A stretch of 64,000 nucleotides of DNA from Paragordius varius (taxonomy: Eukaryota > Animalia > Nematomorpha): assembly GCA_964247055.1 (NCBI GenBank), contig OZ176052.1, positions 10,602,001 to 10,666,000 of the forward strand, given 5' to 3'. How positions within the stretch are numbered: the first letter of the stretch is position 1; every line of letters begins with the position of its first letter. Of the stretch, positions 13,992-27,810 are shown piece after piece. The position numbers and the translations under genes were made by a program. The notes under the pieces were generated by a model, which was given only the letters and a program-made list of their open reading frames with translations, searched no databases and was not told the DNA's origin.

Positions 13992-16900
13992 ATGTCAAGC
14001 ACGTTTGACAATTCAAATTCCGATACTTCACTCCTATTAAATGGGTGTAATAATAATGGTAATTCTGTTGGAACCAAATATAAGGATCATTATAACACAG
14101 ATTATGGTAACATAACATCACCAACAAAATTTTCAAATATCATCCATGAAGCTGGTGAAAAATATGGTAAAAATTTGACTAGTAAATCTAGTTCAGTATT
14201 TTCATCGTTGACTTATGAAACAAATTTCAATGATGTTGCAAATGATGATGGTCGATATTTAAATTCTAAAACAGGAGATGCCTTAGGCTCCGCCCTGGCT
14301 TCAGTAATTTTTACTTTTCTATATGGTTAAATAATCTTTCAATGCTAATCCTTTTATATATTTATTAAAGATAAAGATCTGTATTTAAAAATTTTGGGTA
14401 AAGTTATAATTTTACCTTACTTGTAAACCATTGAATATCATTTTACTAATAAAAAATATTTAAAGGGGTAGTTTTTCCAAAAAATATTTAAAATTTTCAG
14501 TTTTATTACCCTTAAAATTGTAAAGGAATGATTAATCTGTTGAATCAAATCATCAAATTTTTTATATTCCATTTTTTGATGAATATTATAAATATTTATT
14601 TTCGTGAATCCTAAATTACGTATTAAAATAAGTTGTTACTATATTGGTTATTAACTTATTTATAGCAATACTATGGTGATTTTAATTCAGTTTGATGTGT
14701 AACATTGAGTTAGGTCTGACAGGTTTGAATGCATTCATGGTTGAAACCGCTTTCATAATAACAAATCTAAAACTTTAAAACCTATATTTGTCGCGTGAAT
14801 TTAATATATGGTTTAAAGAAAACCTTAAATCTACTGTTAAAAAAAATGGAAATAAGAAGTCAGACCGGTATTTTTTAATGGTCACAAAGTTGCATGTCAT
14901 TGAAATATATATATCGTGGACAATATTTCTTATGTTTTTGTACTACCAGCACTCAAATAATTATACCGTAACTTAGTTAGAAAATTATGGCAGATTTTAA
15001 ATGGAGATTTTACGCATTAGATATATGCTACAGATCCACAAAATATTCCTTATTTTCCGGCCTCCCAAAACATTCCGTCTGATTTTACTTCGCAGACTTC
15101 ACAACCCAAAAACTCCAAAGAAAAAGTCGAATATACTCGAAAAAAATCATTAGCTTATGACAATATAAATACTGCTAACATTAATTCTACATCATCCAAT
15201 TGTAATGGTTGGTCATCCTCTGAAAGTATCATTAAGTATTCCAAATTACCTCGCATAGAAACAACCTTACAATTTAAAAACGATGGCAACCAAAAAATGA
15301 ATAATATGGTAAAGAATAACACGATGCACCTTTTATATTTTTTATATATATATTTATGGCATTTTAAAGCAGACGATTAACTGTTTAAGGCATTTTAGTT
15401 TATTTCGTTAATATTCCGTTGATTTCCCAATCTATTACAAGTGATTAAAAGTCTTTGCCAAATATGAATAGAATGACAAGTCTTTAAACATGAATATATG
15501 GGTAATAATTCAAATTATTTTTGAATGGAAGTTATACAATTTGTATTTACCATATTTAATGGCAATTTTATAGGGTTTTTTTATAATAACATAGATGAAT
15601 TCTGATCAATCACTGGGACCAGGTCCAAATGAAGAGGTTCATCACAATTTAGATGATGCCCTTCGTGTGTTACGCCAACATGCACTAACTACCAATCATG
15701 AATCCATGAGAAATGGAAATGCAAATTTAGCTTCAAATTCAGATTCTCAATCGACATTAAGCACTTCATTTGGGTTTGATGGCTTATTACAATCATCATC
15801 CAGCCTTTTGAATGAAATACCCAATAATAATAACAATAATAAAAATGGCCATAAGAATGTTAATGGATGTGGTCTAGGGAATATTAATTATATAATGGAT
15901 GAACAAACAATGGTAGGAAGTGGAAATTATAACGGCGATAATAATTTTCTACCACCTCTACATTACCTAACTTCAAATAATACCCGCAAAATCAACTCAA
16001 TTGATTTAAACAATGTCGTTGGTGGTACTGAATATAATTGCATACCCTATGGATCGGGAGAAAATATAATAGATGATGGCCATGGTTTTCTTGGCGGCAA
16101 TAGTTTTGCACCTGATAACAAGCTGTTTAACAACAATAATAACATATCTTCAACGTTTTATACTAATAAAAGCAACGGTGCCCCAATCTTAATAAATGGT
16201 TCCTCTGCGTCTCCGCTAAATAATTCCGATCTGCATGAGTTATACAATGGGCCTCCCAACATCCATGGACCAATTTTAACCAATTACATGAATAATAACA
16301 GTAGGGGTGATGAAAATGGACAATTTAACCCAAATATAAGTGCATCTACCCCTTATATAATGCAAAATAATCGGCTTGATATGAATAGATTAAATGATAA
16401 ACTTGACGAACAATATAATACAGGCATAAAAAATAATAAAATCGGTGATTCGAACAACTCTTCAATAAAACCGTTACCAAACCCTAAAAAATCACTTAAG
16501 GGAAAATTGAAAAGTCAAAATGCCTCCACACCTAAAACATCTACTACTTCTGTTATACAAACAGATCCAAGGAACAAAAATGCTGATGCTGGAGTGGCCG
16601 GAAACAATGTAAAAAAGAAGGGACCTAAACCCGGCAACAAAGATTCAAAAGTAATATTTTTTGTGCCAGATTACGCCAAATATGTATTTGATATGTTTTT
16701 TAAAATAATTTTTATCCTCGTATACTTTATAGAAAAATTTGAATGCTAACAACATACCCAAGACCACTGATTCTCTAAACTCAAATAACTGCATTTTACC
16801 ATCTTTTGGTATTATTTTAGATTTTGCGTTTTTACGGTTTTTTTCTATAGTCATTAAAATTTGATTAATAAATTTAACCTTATGTGACAAATATATAAAA

Positions 16901-19900
16901 ATTTCATGTGTAATTTTTGTGTATGATGCAGTGAGCCCAAATAATCAGTCCATCCAATATAACAACGAAAATGAACCAAACACGCCTATCCTGAAAAAAT
17001 CCCTAAGCAAGGGAACAGATGCATCAAATTATACTTCAAACATTCATCAAGTATGTTCAAATATTTAAATGCATTAAAATTCCATTATTTAGTATGTTTT
17101 TTGATTTATACATGTTTTGAATTTAACATAATAATTTAACCGTTTTCCTTAGAAAAAATTAGGACCAATTTGTACTTCTGGGGTGAGTGATGACCATATC
17201 ATTTCTCCTTCTAAGAATGGAGGATCCTTCACCAATTCTTACGTTTTAAATTCTTTGGATTCGGGCAAAACCATATTATCGTCTTCAAATAATGGCTTAT
17301 TAAATTCTTCTCTACCCTATGGCCAACAGGAACCATTACCGTTTACAAATTCATATGGCGGCCTTAAAAATCAATCCTTTCTCCTCAGCAATATGAATCC
17401 ATTGTCAATAACTGAATTCAATGGAACTAACAGTTTAGATAAGCCATCACCATACTACAACACAACTAAAAATATGATTGAACCAGGACCCAAAACATTT
17501 TATGACGAAAATGGCGGTGAACAATATTTTGACACGAATAATAATGCTGTTAATATCGATAAGCCTTATAATGAAAATGGGACTTCTTCTGCAGCTTTCT
17601 TCCAACAATTCTTGAATGGTGGTTATAAAGATAGCACCAATAGCTATAACTATAACGGTAACATAACAGATAATAACCAAAATCCCAATTCTTTATCGTA
17701 CTCACCTCCGCCATTCAATTACGGAAGTCAGGAAGCTACGCTTTTGGGTTTAGCTTTAGGTTTGGCCGGTTCTACGGCCTCGTATGCTAATAGCACGGGC
17801 TCAGGAGGTTCTATTCACGATGGCTCAACCACAAGCACTTCCAATCTCCATAGCAATGGAAAAAGGAGAAATCGAAAGTATATCACAAAATTTTTGTTTA
17901 GCGTTGCCCAATTTTAGAGTTTATCTGAAATATAACATTACTTTATATTTTTTAATTGTTTAGTTTACCAGATGAAGTTGACCCGGTAATAAAGATTGAA
18001 AAGGATAAAGAGAGACGTCATGCAAACAATGCTCGAGAAAGGTTTTAAATGCAAATTCTTGTATTTGTTATATTTTTTGATTGTTTTTTATGGCACAAAG
18101 CAAACATTTCAAATTAAAATGTTTGTTATTATGTTTTTATCTACAGAGTCCGTGTGCGCGACATAAATGAGGCGTTTAAAGAATTGGGTCGTATGTGTAT
18201 GATTCACACGCAAAATGATAAAGCTCAAACTAAATTGGGAATTCTTCATTTAGCCGTTAACGTTATAACTCAATTGGAGCAACAAGTCAGAGGTAGGATG
18301 CACTGTTTAAAATTATTTTTTTCTTATTTAATATACCATATATTTATATACCATAGAGCGAAATTTGAATCCAAAAACTGCGTGTCTGAAACGTCGTGAA
18401 GATCTGCATCGTAATAAAACCTTTAATCAATTCATTAACAATAGTTTAGTCATGACCAATAATTCATCTTCTAATGGGCCAAATCAAAATCCAAACACTA
18501 ATAACAATAACAATTTACCTAATCTCAACAAAAATAACTCATTATTCCCTAATTCTCTAGACACTCCAGAGGAAACTCTTGATAAATTGCAGCAATCTAG
18601 CAACAATACGTTCGGTATACCAGATTATAACAACATTGAAGATATCATGCCTCCAAATCGTTCAATATTAGGTGGCGGTGGTATGTTACCCGGGCGTGGG
18701 GGAACCTTATCCGATTTCGCGAGCGCTGCTTACTCAGCAAATTTGGCAGCAAATAATTTAGAATCTCTGCCTCCGATAGATGGGTCATTTATTGGAAAAA
18801 CTCTTGTAGTACAACAACCAACATCATCTCGACAAAGCGATAACTTGATTGTTGATAACAAGAGTGAATATCCATCCGCTCCAAGTTCTTCCTCCCTGCT
18901 GGCCCTAAATCAACTCATGATGTCAGCTGGGAGCGGGAATTTCATTCCTCACAACAATGATAATAATATAATCCCTGATAATTTGATGTTACACCATCAA
19001 GAACAAACGAAAAATGGTAACGCGATGTTGAATAATACCAATAATACAGGATTCTTGGATACATTTTCTGTGTCTAATCATGATGAAGTCTCACGTAATT
19101 TTAAATTGAATGGTGGTGAAAACAATAATACGTACCCTGACAATAACGATGATGAGGTATTTACGAATGATCCATTAATGCTGGGCCGAAGTACATCCCA
19201 TTTGAGTCGAGCGCTTACCAAAGGCTGCTATTCTCCCAATCAACAACCAACTCCATACTACAATTGTATGATAGAAAATGCGGGTACATTTTACCCGGCC
19301 AATAACATGACATTCGATAAAGGTAATTATAGAGTTGTGAATCCGATCATAATATAAATTGATCTAACTCTAGAAAGTAATTTTTATCTAAAAGGCTATA
19401 TATCGAATCATAAATTAATTTTAGGGATTTGATCCAAAACTTACAATAAAGTTAAACTTTTAATTCATGCTAAATAATTTGTTTGATTTTTAGATATGTT
19501 GGTAACTTAACAATTGAAATTCAGTTTTTTTGTCTCTGGTTTCGGTTAAGTCGATTTTAATGAAATGATCGGATGTGGTTAGTTAAATGGCACTTATTGG
19601 TCAATTTTTTAATTTTTAAATACCAATTATTGAATCTGAATCAAATTTTTCTCAAATATATTTTTTTAATTCCACAAAAGTATTAAACAATTTTGATTTC
19701 TGTTTTCTAGATACTAATTTATTTATAGATTCCCAACAACCATTCCCTTTGCCATCAGCCGATATGAGCGACATGTTTAGACACGGGTCTCCATCTCTCC
19801 TATTGCAAAATAGGTATTCAGATCTTAATGCTTCAAATATAATGAATCCTAACAATGATTTATTACTAAGCAACGCCCTTAAATTGCCCAGTTTATTTCA

Positions 19901-20057
19901 ACAGCCACCAACAAATCAAAATTGTAGCACAAATAATAATATTAATAGTTTTGATAATTCGCTCAATTCATTCCTTTTGATGAAGAATGGCATAGATACC
20001 AATAATATAAATAATAATTCAAGTACAATAGATATCAACCCCGACATAAATTTTTAA
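13992..20057 (+). CDS. da: Class I bHLH E-protein (daughterless / TCF3-TCF4-TCF12 orthologue), ~1364 aa from M13992; true N-terminus may lie upstream
   Basis: Exons 13992-14303, 15021-15308, 15595-16650, 16733-16808, 16932-17050, 17153-17877, 17964-18041, 18147-18292, 18357-19322, 19729-20057, all GT-AG with matching phases. Motifs: [11 protein letters not shown]|IY (cf. GDALGKALASIY), [12 protein letters not shown] (AD2), b[31 protein letters not shown]...[36 protein letters not shown]. Confidence 0.95.
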
Positions 20058-20529
20058 TTTTTCAAACATTTTTATAATTAGATTTTTTATAAATTATATT
20101 TTTTGGAAAATAAAAACATTAATGAAATCTTATAGAAAACAATCAGATTTTAGCCAAATAATATGTTTTTAAGTCGCGTGCCAAATCTCTTTACAAACAT
20201 TACACTGGCTAATCATTCTTCACTTTTTATATATGGATCTTAATTTATGTTTTAATCAATTCCAAGATTTTTAATCATAGAAACATCCATCTATATAATA
20301 TTAATCATAATTATGATAAAAATTACATTGTTACATATAAATTATATATATTTATTCCATGATTTTTTTATAATTATAATATCACCATCATATGATTATT
20401 ACAATATACTTGTATAATTATATATTATTTCAACCATAATAAATTGGATGAATATATATATGAATAAATTTAATATTTTTTCAAAAAATTATCCAATTGC
20501 AAACAAAATTGACGCAATTAAAAAAAGTT

Positions 20530-23500
20530 TTAATGATTGTAGTTTCCGCATTTCGGAAATTTATATGGGATTGGGGGTAGGTCTTTCTGTTCTCCAACTT
20601 GAAACAAGAGTGCCATTCCTTTCTGATGATGGAAATCTAGGTGGCAATGAAACATCCAAAAACCTAAAAAAAATTAAATTTTTTCATTCCATATGATCAT
20701 CAATTAATTCATAGTTTCCATGAACACTTTTAATATTAAACTAAACCTAAGTATATTATAAAATATTTACAGACGATGAATTAATATTACAATAAATTTA
20801 TTATAAATAATTTAGTGAATTAAGTGTTTTTGGAAGGCAAATATTAAAATGTTTCCTAATAATCCAAATTAAATTTTAAGATGTTAAGTTATGTGCGTAT
20901 TACAGTAAAAAATAAAATTATACGGACAAATCGTAATATTATAAAGACAAATATCTTTTTCGAAGACAATCCTACTTTTTATATCTTGATTTATTATTTA
21001 GACACATCGTTTAAAACAGCAAAGTATGAAGCAGAGACATATATTGGTAACACAACCAATTATTTTCACATTTGTAGATAAATAATTTATATCGGAGAAA
21101 TTAAGGTTTGGAAAAGTATGGTTGTCGTTTGAAAAAAAAATTAGTCTTTATGTTTTTACGTTTGGTCTATCTAATTTCAATTGATTTTACTGTAATTAAA
21201 TATAGTATAAAAAAATACCCGGGTTGTCCGCAACAAATCGAATTATAGCATAGCCACCTTTTGGAAGCGAAACGGTATCTTTGATTACAGCTTTGTCCCA
21301 TAAGCGTTTTAGCATAGATTTTTTATCCAGTTCTTTTACCTGTTTTTTTATATAAAGATTCCTAATTTAGTCAAAATTTAGCAGGTAAATTGCAAGCCAG
21401 AAAACTTATTAAAAACACCTCACATTCCGAATTCCATGCCGCTATATCCTAATTCATATATTTCAAAATTTTTAACGGCTTACAATGTTTTGCTTTATAT
21501 GAATATAAAAAGGAGCGTATTTTATCGCCTGCTTTATTTTCAAACCCTATAAAAAATATTAAAATTATATATCAGGTGAGTAAAGCGATTTATCGATTCC
21601 CTAAATATGATAATATTGACAAATTTTTTTAGTTGTGCATGGCTTACCATCCTGAAAAGTGCTATTAATTTATGCCAGAGAAAGGATTTTATAGGTGGTA
21701 ATACAACTTGTTTATAAATTAGGCGATAATTGTACATAGGATTTTAAATATAATTGTTAGATGTAAATGTTCAATAGATCGACCCTTTATATTAAATATA
21801 AAACCTTTGACACTCAAAACATAATAATTTATTTTCAATCTTTCCATTTTATGTAATTTGGAATTTACGGAGTTACACAACTTATCTTATGTGAACTTTG
21901 TGAGTTTCATAAAAATGGTTGTAAAAAATATTTATCCCTTATGACAAAAAAATAATTACATAATCAACTGAAATGGTATTGTTAAGCTTTTCCTGTCCCA
22001 ATATCCAAAATGCATAACCATGAAGATGGAGTGAATGTATATCCGGATCCCCATTAAAGGCTATTAATAAAAGTTATTTGGATATAAGGTTGGGTATCTA
22101 ACTAGTTAAAGAATACCAACCAGTTTTACCACTTCTGAATGCAGTCATTTTAGGTCAATGAATAAATTTAAAACGCAATTATCTCCATATATTGATTTAA
22201 CAAAATTTGAAAAAACATAAAAATTGCGCACTTTTTCTTGTTTTTTATATGTTTTTTATCATCTGATAAACATATGCCCAATTGTTATATCTTTAATAGC
22301 CGTTACAATCACGGTCATGGATGCGTTCAGAACCAGCAATTAACTAGAATATTTGGTCTTTTTGACAAAATATTATCATACACTTTTTAGCAATATATAT
22401 ATTAAAGAAAAGTATCAATGCATAATTTTTAAAATAACGTATGATCATACCTTGATCCACAAATATTAATTCAACCAACGAATTTTTAGGGATTTTTAGC
22501 AAGTGTATACATTGACAAACCCTCCGGTTACATTCAGGTCGTGAATCGATATTACAAAAGGCACTAGATTTGATATCGTGGTATTGGGAAATCAAAGGGG
22601 ATGACGGTGTCATAAATGTGATATTATTGAATTTTGGCATATCTAGCATTTAACATATATTTTAATAAATATTTTGAAAATTTTATAATTTTTGATACTT
22701 GTCCACAATCACTATTCAAATTTAACGCAAAAATAACAGCGATAACTTACGAAAATCGACTATCGCTGTTTATCAGATATCCTAATATGTGAAGTCAGAT
22801 ACCAGTCGAAAAAACATATATACAAGTCAACTGGGATTAACGCTTCTCACTTGAATTGTCATCAGAAACAATACTTATAGAATATACCATTGATATAATC
22901 CATTTATGGTCATACATTTATAAAATTGCTATCTAAGCGTTTTGTATATTAACTAACCCGCAAATGATACTAAACAAAGTAATATACAAGTTTGATTATA
23001 TAAAATTTTTTATCCTAGCAATAAAATGGGTTCAAGGATATTATCCAAAAAAATTTAATAACTTGGTGATCACAAAAAATAATCTGATTCTGATAAATGT
23101 GTAACAGGTCTTATGGTGTTTGGGGGCCTACGACTGATATGTTTTATATCGAAAAACCGCAAAATTAGAGCACATTAAATCAAAAAAATTTGTAAATCAT
23201 AACAAAAATATCATTAAAATATTTTATAAACTATATTTAAACAGCAAAATAATAATATTAATTTTAAAATTTTGGGCGTGGTCTCAGAAAGTCGCAAATT
23301 TTTAAACCTCGTATCAACTGATTTTTTTAAATAAAAGGCAAAAATGTCTTAAAATATATCAAAACTAAATTTAAAACAGCAAAACTATATTTATATAAAA
23401 ATTAAAATTTTTAGTGTGGGCTTAAAAAGTCGCAAATTTGAGAACCTTTGTAACTAGTTTTTATGAAATAAACGCTAAATGCCGAGATTGCGCGAAAACA

Positions 23501-26500
23501 ATAGACGAAAATCACATCGAAAAAGAAAATTTTTGAAAAAATGCATACTTTTTTTAAAAATTTAAATTTTGACAAAAATTGTTGAAGCTTATTTCATGGT
23601 ATTTCGAAGCATGGTAGAACGGTATAATATTGTATTAATATTTTATAAAAACACCTTTTCCATATAATTCGATGATCTGAACATATTTATCATAGGAATT
23701 TATATGATATTTTTTGAAATCAAACATTTAGATTTAACTAAAAATATATTTAATTGATTTTTTTATATGGCACCAATTACCATAAAAGTGCAAATAACTC
23801 TCTTAAATCCCTCGTCCATAAAACCAAAAGAACCATTGGAATCCTTATACATTTTTATACATAAATTATTTACCTCCCGATTACAGTGTGATTTCTAGAT
23901 TTAAAAGTGAAATTACCATCGATTATGTTAAAATCATCCATATAAATATATTGTTTATAATCAGGGGTCCTTCTCAAAGTTGAGGGAATGCCTGTTGAGC
24001 TTGGAGATTGTAATAAATGAATGTAATTTGAATTATTTTCAAAATCATCTTTGTGAACTGGATTATATATCTAAAAAAGCATACCAATATATTTACCTGA
24101 ATATAAAGAAGAAGAATTATTTTGATATGTTTACATGTATTTTTCATAATGATTTAAATCAAATAATTTGGATTTTCATCTTAAAATGATTCCGGTTCCA
24201 TTGTTTTTGCCAAAAAAAAATTTATTATAATTCTATATTGTCTCAAATAGTATTCCTTTTGGTGTTTTAACTTTATTGGAATAATATTTTGGCAATGAGA
24301 ATAAATTAGCACAAAAGTTTATTTAGTGCTATTTTAATCAAAAATATCTTATGTGTATCATATGATATGGAAACCAATATTGGAAAACATGGCATTGTAT
24401 CAAAAAATAAAAATATTGAAATCGTTTGGAAGCGCGGTTTCGGTTCTAAAACATTTCCGCCACAAAAAAATTATTAATGGTTTCCACAAAAACGGTTTTG
24501 GTTCTAAACCCTAAAAAGTATTTAATGTAATTTTGAAAATAAAGCGTGTTTACTGTTTTCATTTGTTGAGAGTTTTGAATAAATAAATCATTGTCATTGC
24601 TATCAGCCTTAAATATATATTTATCGATAATGTCCTCCGCATTTTCATTCGTAAAGCTATCGCCATCAGGCACATAAAAAATATACGCTGTGGCATTGGC
24701 CACGTATGTTTCTAATTTACAGTCCCCTGAACTCCACACATTCATTTGATAAATTTGCCCGTTGAATATATCTTTTGGTATATTAGGACCATTAGCATTT
24801 TCGGAATCCACATTATTCAATGTTTGAGGCAAATCAATAAGTCCTATTTATACAGACAAATTATTAACAATTCGCATTTATTCTAAATATAATAATAATT
24901 TTAAATTTAATAATAAATATCGTTTCATAACCTTCGAACGGATTGACATTTATATTGGCTAGAGGTTTACGCAAGATTCTCACATCAAATCGATCACCCG
25001 CAAACATACTTATAATGTCCACGGCTTTGTAAGGTGTAACTAAAGCGGATCCGTCTGCCGCAACAGGGATTATTAGATGGTCTTGAATAGCAATTTCAAA
25101 AGGGCAGAACAAAAAACCGCTATTGATGAATTTGAAGAGCGGTAAGGTTGCAAAGTAGGTTTGGACATTTAAAGCTTGTGTACTTAACTGTATATCACTT
25201 TCATTGACGATAAAATAGGCGGGGGGCGATAGAGGAAATCTGCCTTGACGGCCATTTATTATGAGAGATGGGGCATTGTCATCGTCTCGTATAAAATGAA
25301 TGGGTGCTAAATCGGGTTTCCATTCCTGAATCAGGGCAATGTGTTCATTTCGCCATGGAGGCAAATCCACATGAGTGCCGCTAATATATTGTTGGCCTGA
25401 ATGATGTTTTCCCCCATACTTGTGATGTGAACTCTTTCTTGTATGTTTTGATTCAATGCCTTAATTTTCATAGTAAAAATGATATATAACCGTAGAACTC
25501 ACCAAATTTACCCGAGAAAAAATATTTAGCTTGTTTCAAGAGCAATGCACTATATAGTACCGATAAAAATTTGATGCTGTTTGACACATTTGCAGATATT
25601 TATACTCAATATAAGTATCTGCAAAAAATTAAATAAATAATTCACGGCCTTAAAAAGCACTCAGGTCTGCATGCGTCCCGTGAGACACGGTTTAATTCCC
25701 ATTGATATAGATATTATAAATTTATAAAACGAAATATTTTAATTAGGACAGATGAAATGACACAAACTTTTTGAATGAGGTCGTACAATCAAAGATCCCA
25801 CAATACCATCTACGCGATGAAAAGCTGTATGGGCATGCCAAAATTTAGTTCCTGGGGGCGTAGCTTTCCATCTGTATGTCCAATGAGTGTGGGGTAAGAT
25901 AGGGCATTGCGTTACCATGGGAACTCCATCAGCATATTGTGTTCCCTTTTGAAAAATACCGTGCCAATGCAATGTTATTGCCTCATTGTTTAGCAAATCG
26001 TTTTTGACATGTACTATAACTGTATCATTTTCACATACCTCAATATGTACGAAAATGATATATACCATTTATAGAGTTCAAATTCACCATAAAAATAAAT
26101 TATGTGTTTTCGAACTAATATAACTCATATGAAATATATCTTTATGGCATAGTTTACTGTTTTCAGTATTATTTTAATTTAAAACAAAATTTTTATTTTT
26201 CATAAATATATAAAAATATAGGTATTTTAATCTTAAAATACATATATTTTGTTTGAGGGTTCGAGGGTGAATATGAATTCAAGGGTGAATTTGAATTGTA
26301 AATGGTATATATAAGGCTATTTTTCGAAATTAAAATCAATAGAGAGTGTGATCATTAATATATTTCATTAATTTTATACAAAGTTATACTGTTAATTGTA
26401 AATTATATTATATTTTTTAATGATTTAAGTTAACTTAAAAATTTATATACACAAAAGGGATGAAGAATAATAATTAATCTTGGCCTATAAATATAACGTT

Positions 26501-27810
26501 CAAATTTAAAGACTTATGAGATTAGTGGATCTCTTTTAAGTTCAACTAAAAATATTGGTTACATCGATTTCTGGACCAGGAAACATTCGATTAACCAGAA
26601 AGACTGGGCGGTCAGAACCATCACCAACTATACAATTTGGTTTATAACAATCTTTCGTGTTTGAAGGGCATTTTCCACAACTTTCTTCCTCCAATGTTTT
26701 GGACATGGTTATATTAAAGTTATACACGCAAGTTTTCACCTTGCCTTCGCATATTCGATTACACGCATTTCCTAAGTTAATAAGGTTTAATTATTGTAAT
26801 TAAAACCAATTTTATAGAATAAAAACCATTAAAGTATACTCAAAAAGTATTTAGAAAAAGCATTATACGAAAACGCTTAATTTATACATGATTTGAATTT
26901 TGAATAATTATAATAATATTTGGTTATCATACCATATATACATATAACCAAATATTTTAGACCCCAGAGAAAAAATATAGTAAATTTATAACTTTTACAT
27001 CACGAGTATAATTTACCCCCCTCCCCCCCACAATGGATGATTTGTATGATAAAATATTGGTCAAGTATTCATGATTAATTTAAAGATTGGCGTAACGCAA
27101 AGATATTATCTTCTTATGAAAGAAAAATTGGATTTTTTGATGAAATAAAACTGTTTTTAGAATATTGGAAATTAAATGGTTGTGATAAGCGATTAATTTT
27201 GGTTAATTTATTAAATTATAGAGTTAATTTTTGGAATTATTTGATTTTTAATGTATACTATTATATCACGCATAAGCACACATTGATTTCGATTGAATTT
27301 TCAAAATTAATTTAAAATGTTACGAGGGAAGAATTTTAAGAAAGTAATTATTTAATTTCACCATTTAATTATATTGGAAAACTGTATATGCTGATAACTA
27401 TAGAAAAAGGATTTACAAATCTAAATTTTTTTGGTCAGATGCAAAAGTAAGAGGCTAGATTACACAATTTTTAATTGGTAAATAAATAAGATCTAAAGTA
27501 AAAAAACGGTATAGATACAAAGTTAAAAAATCTTGAAAAATGTTAAAACCGGGGTTACTGGTTTATGATATTTTAGCATAGCAGCTCTAGCTACAAGGCT
27601 TGGAACCAATCTTATATAAATTTAAGATTCTCAAAAACCTCTCTCATTTTCAAATTTTCCACGGTTCTAACCTTCGAATTATTAATGCAAATTCTTATAA
27701 TTATTCAGAATTTATTTATTTATTTTTTAATATTTTAAATTTGATGATATGATTTTACCGTAAATCACTTCCCATCGAATCAAAATTACCAGCAGGGATA
27801 TAAAAAACAT
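20530..27810 (-). CDS. Secreted three-domain multicopper oxidase (laccase-like), ~683 aa
   Basis: Exons 27810-27759 (signal peptide MFFISLLVILIRWEVIYG), 26771-26563, 26038-25768, 25459-24932, 24843-24554, 24070-23917, 22642-22451, 22060-21960, 21339-21219, 20663-20530; phases consistent, 2052 nt. Copper motifs HWHG, WHAH, HSLHLHG, HCHLDFHHQKGM. Also KDTVSLPKGGYAIIRFVADNPG, a Cys-rich N-terminus and a C-terminal FPKCG as in invertebrate laccases. Confidence 0.93.
23230..23720. repeat. Foldback-arm fragments in a laccase intron, with an internal tandem duplication
   Basis: aaaatttttgggcgtggtctcagaaagtcgcaaattt recurs as aaaatttttagtgtgggcttaaaaagtcgcaaattt. These are followed by gccgagattgcgcg and gaagcatggtagaacggtata, matching the arm consensus. 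Confidence 0.55.
26063..26307. mobile_element. Tc1/IS630-derived MITE (~245 bp) in laccase intron 2
   Basis: TIRs (ta)taccattt...ttcaaattcacc / gggtgaatttgaattgtaaatggta(ta), flanked by TA. The first ~150 bp are the reverse complement of the element end at 52540-52722. Confidence 0.75.

Noticed and set aside
16651-16669. Possible 19-nt intron (gtaatattttttgtgccag) in the E-protein gene
   Set aside because: It leads to a stop or phase conflict. The conventional 82-nt intron to exon 16733-16808 resolves all phases.
22736-22771. 10-bp stem hairpin (aacagcgata/tatcgctgtt) in a laccase intron
   Set aside because: Isolated and short, with no further support; a chance occurrence cannot be excluded.
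23782-23850. AG/GT-bounded segment in a laccase intron (DSNGSFGFMDEGFKRVICTFM)
   Set aside because: Its phase is incompatible with the 23917 donor, and direct joining of 23917 to 22642 gives a laccase-like sequence.
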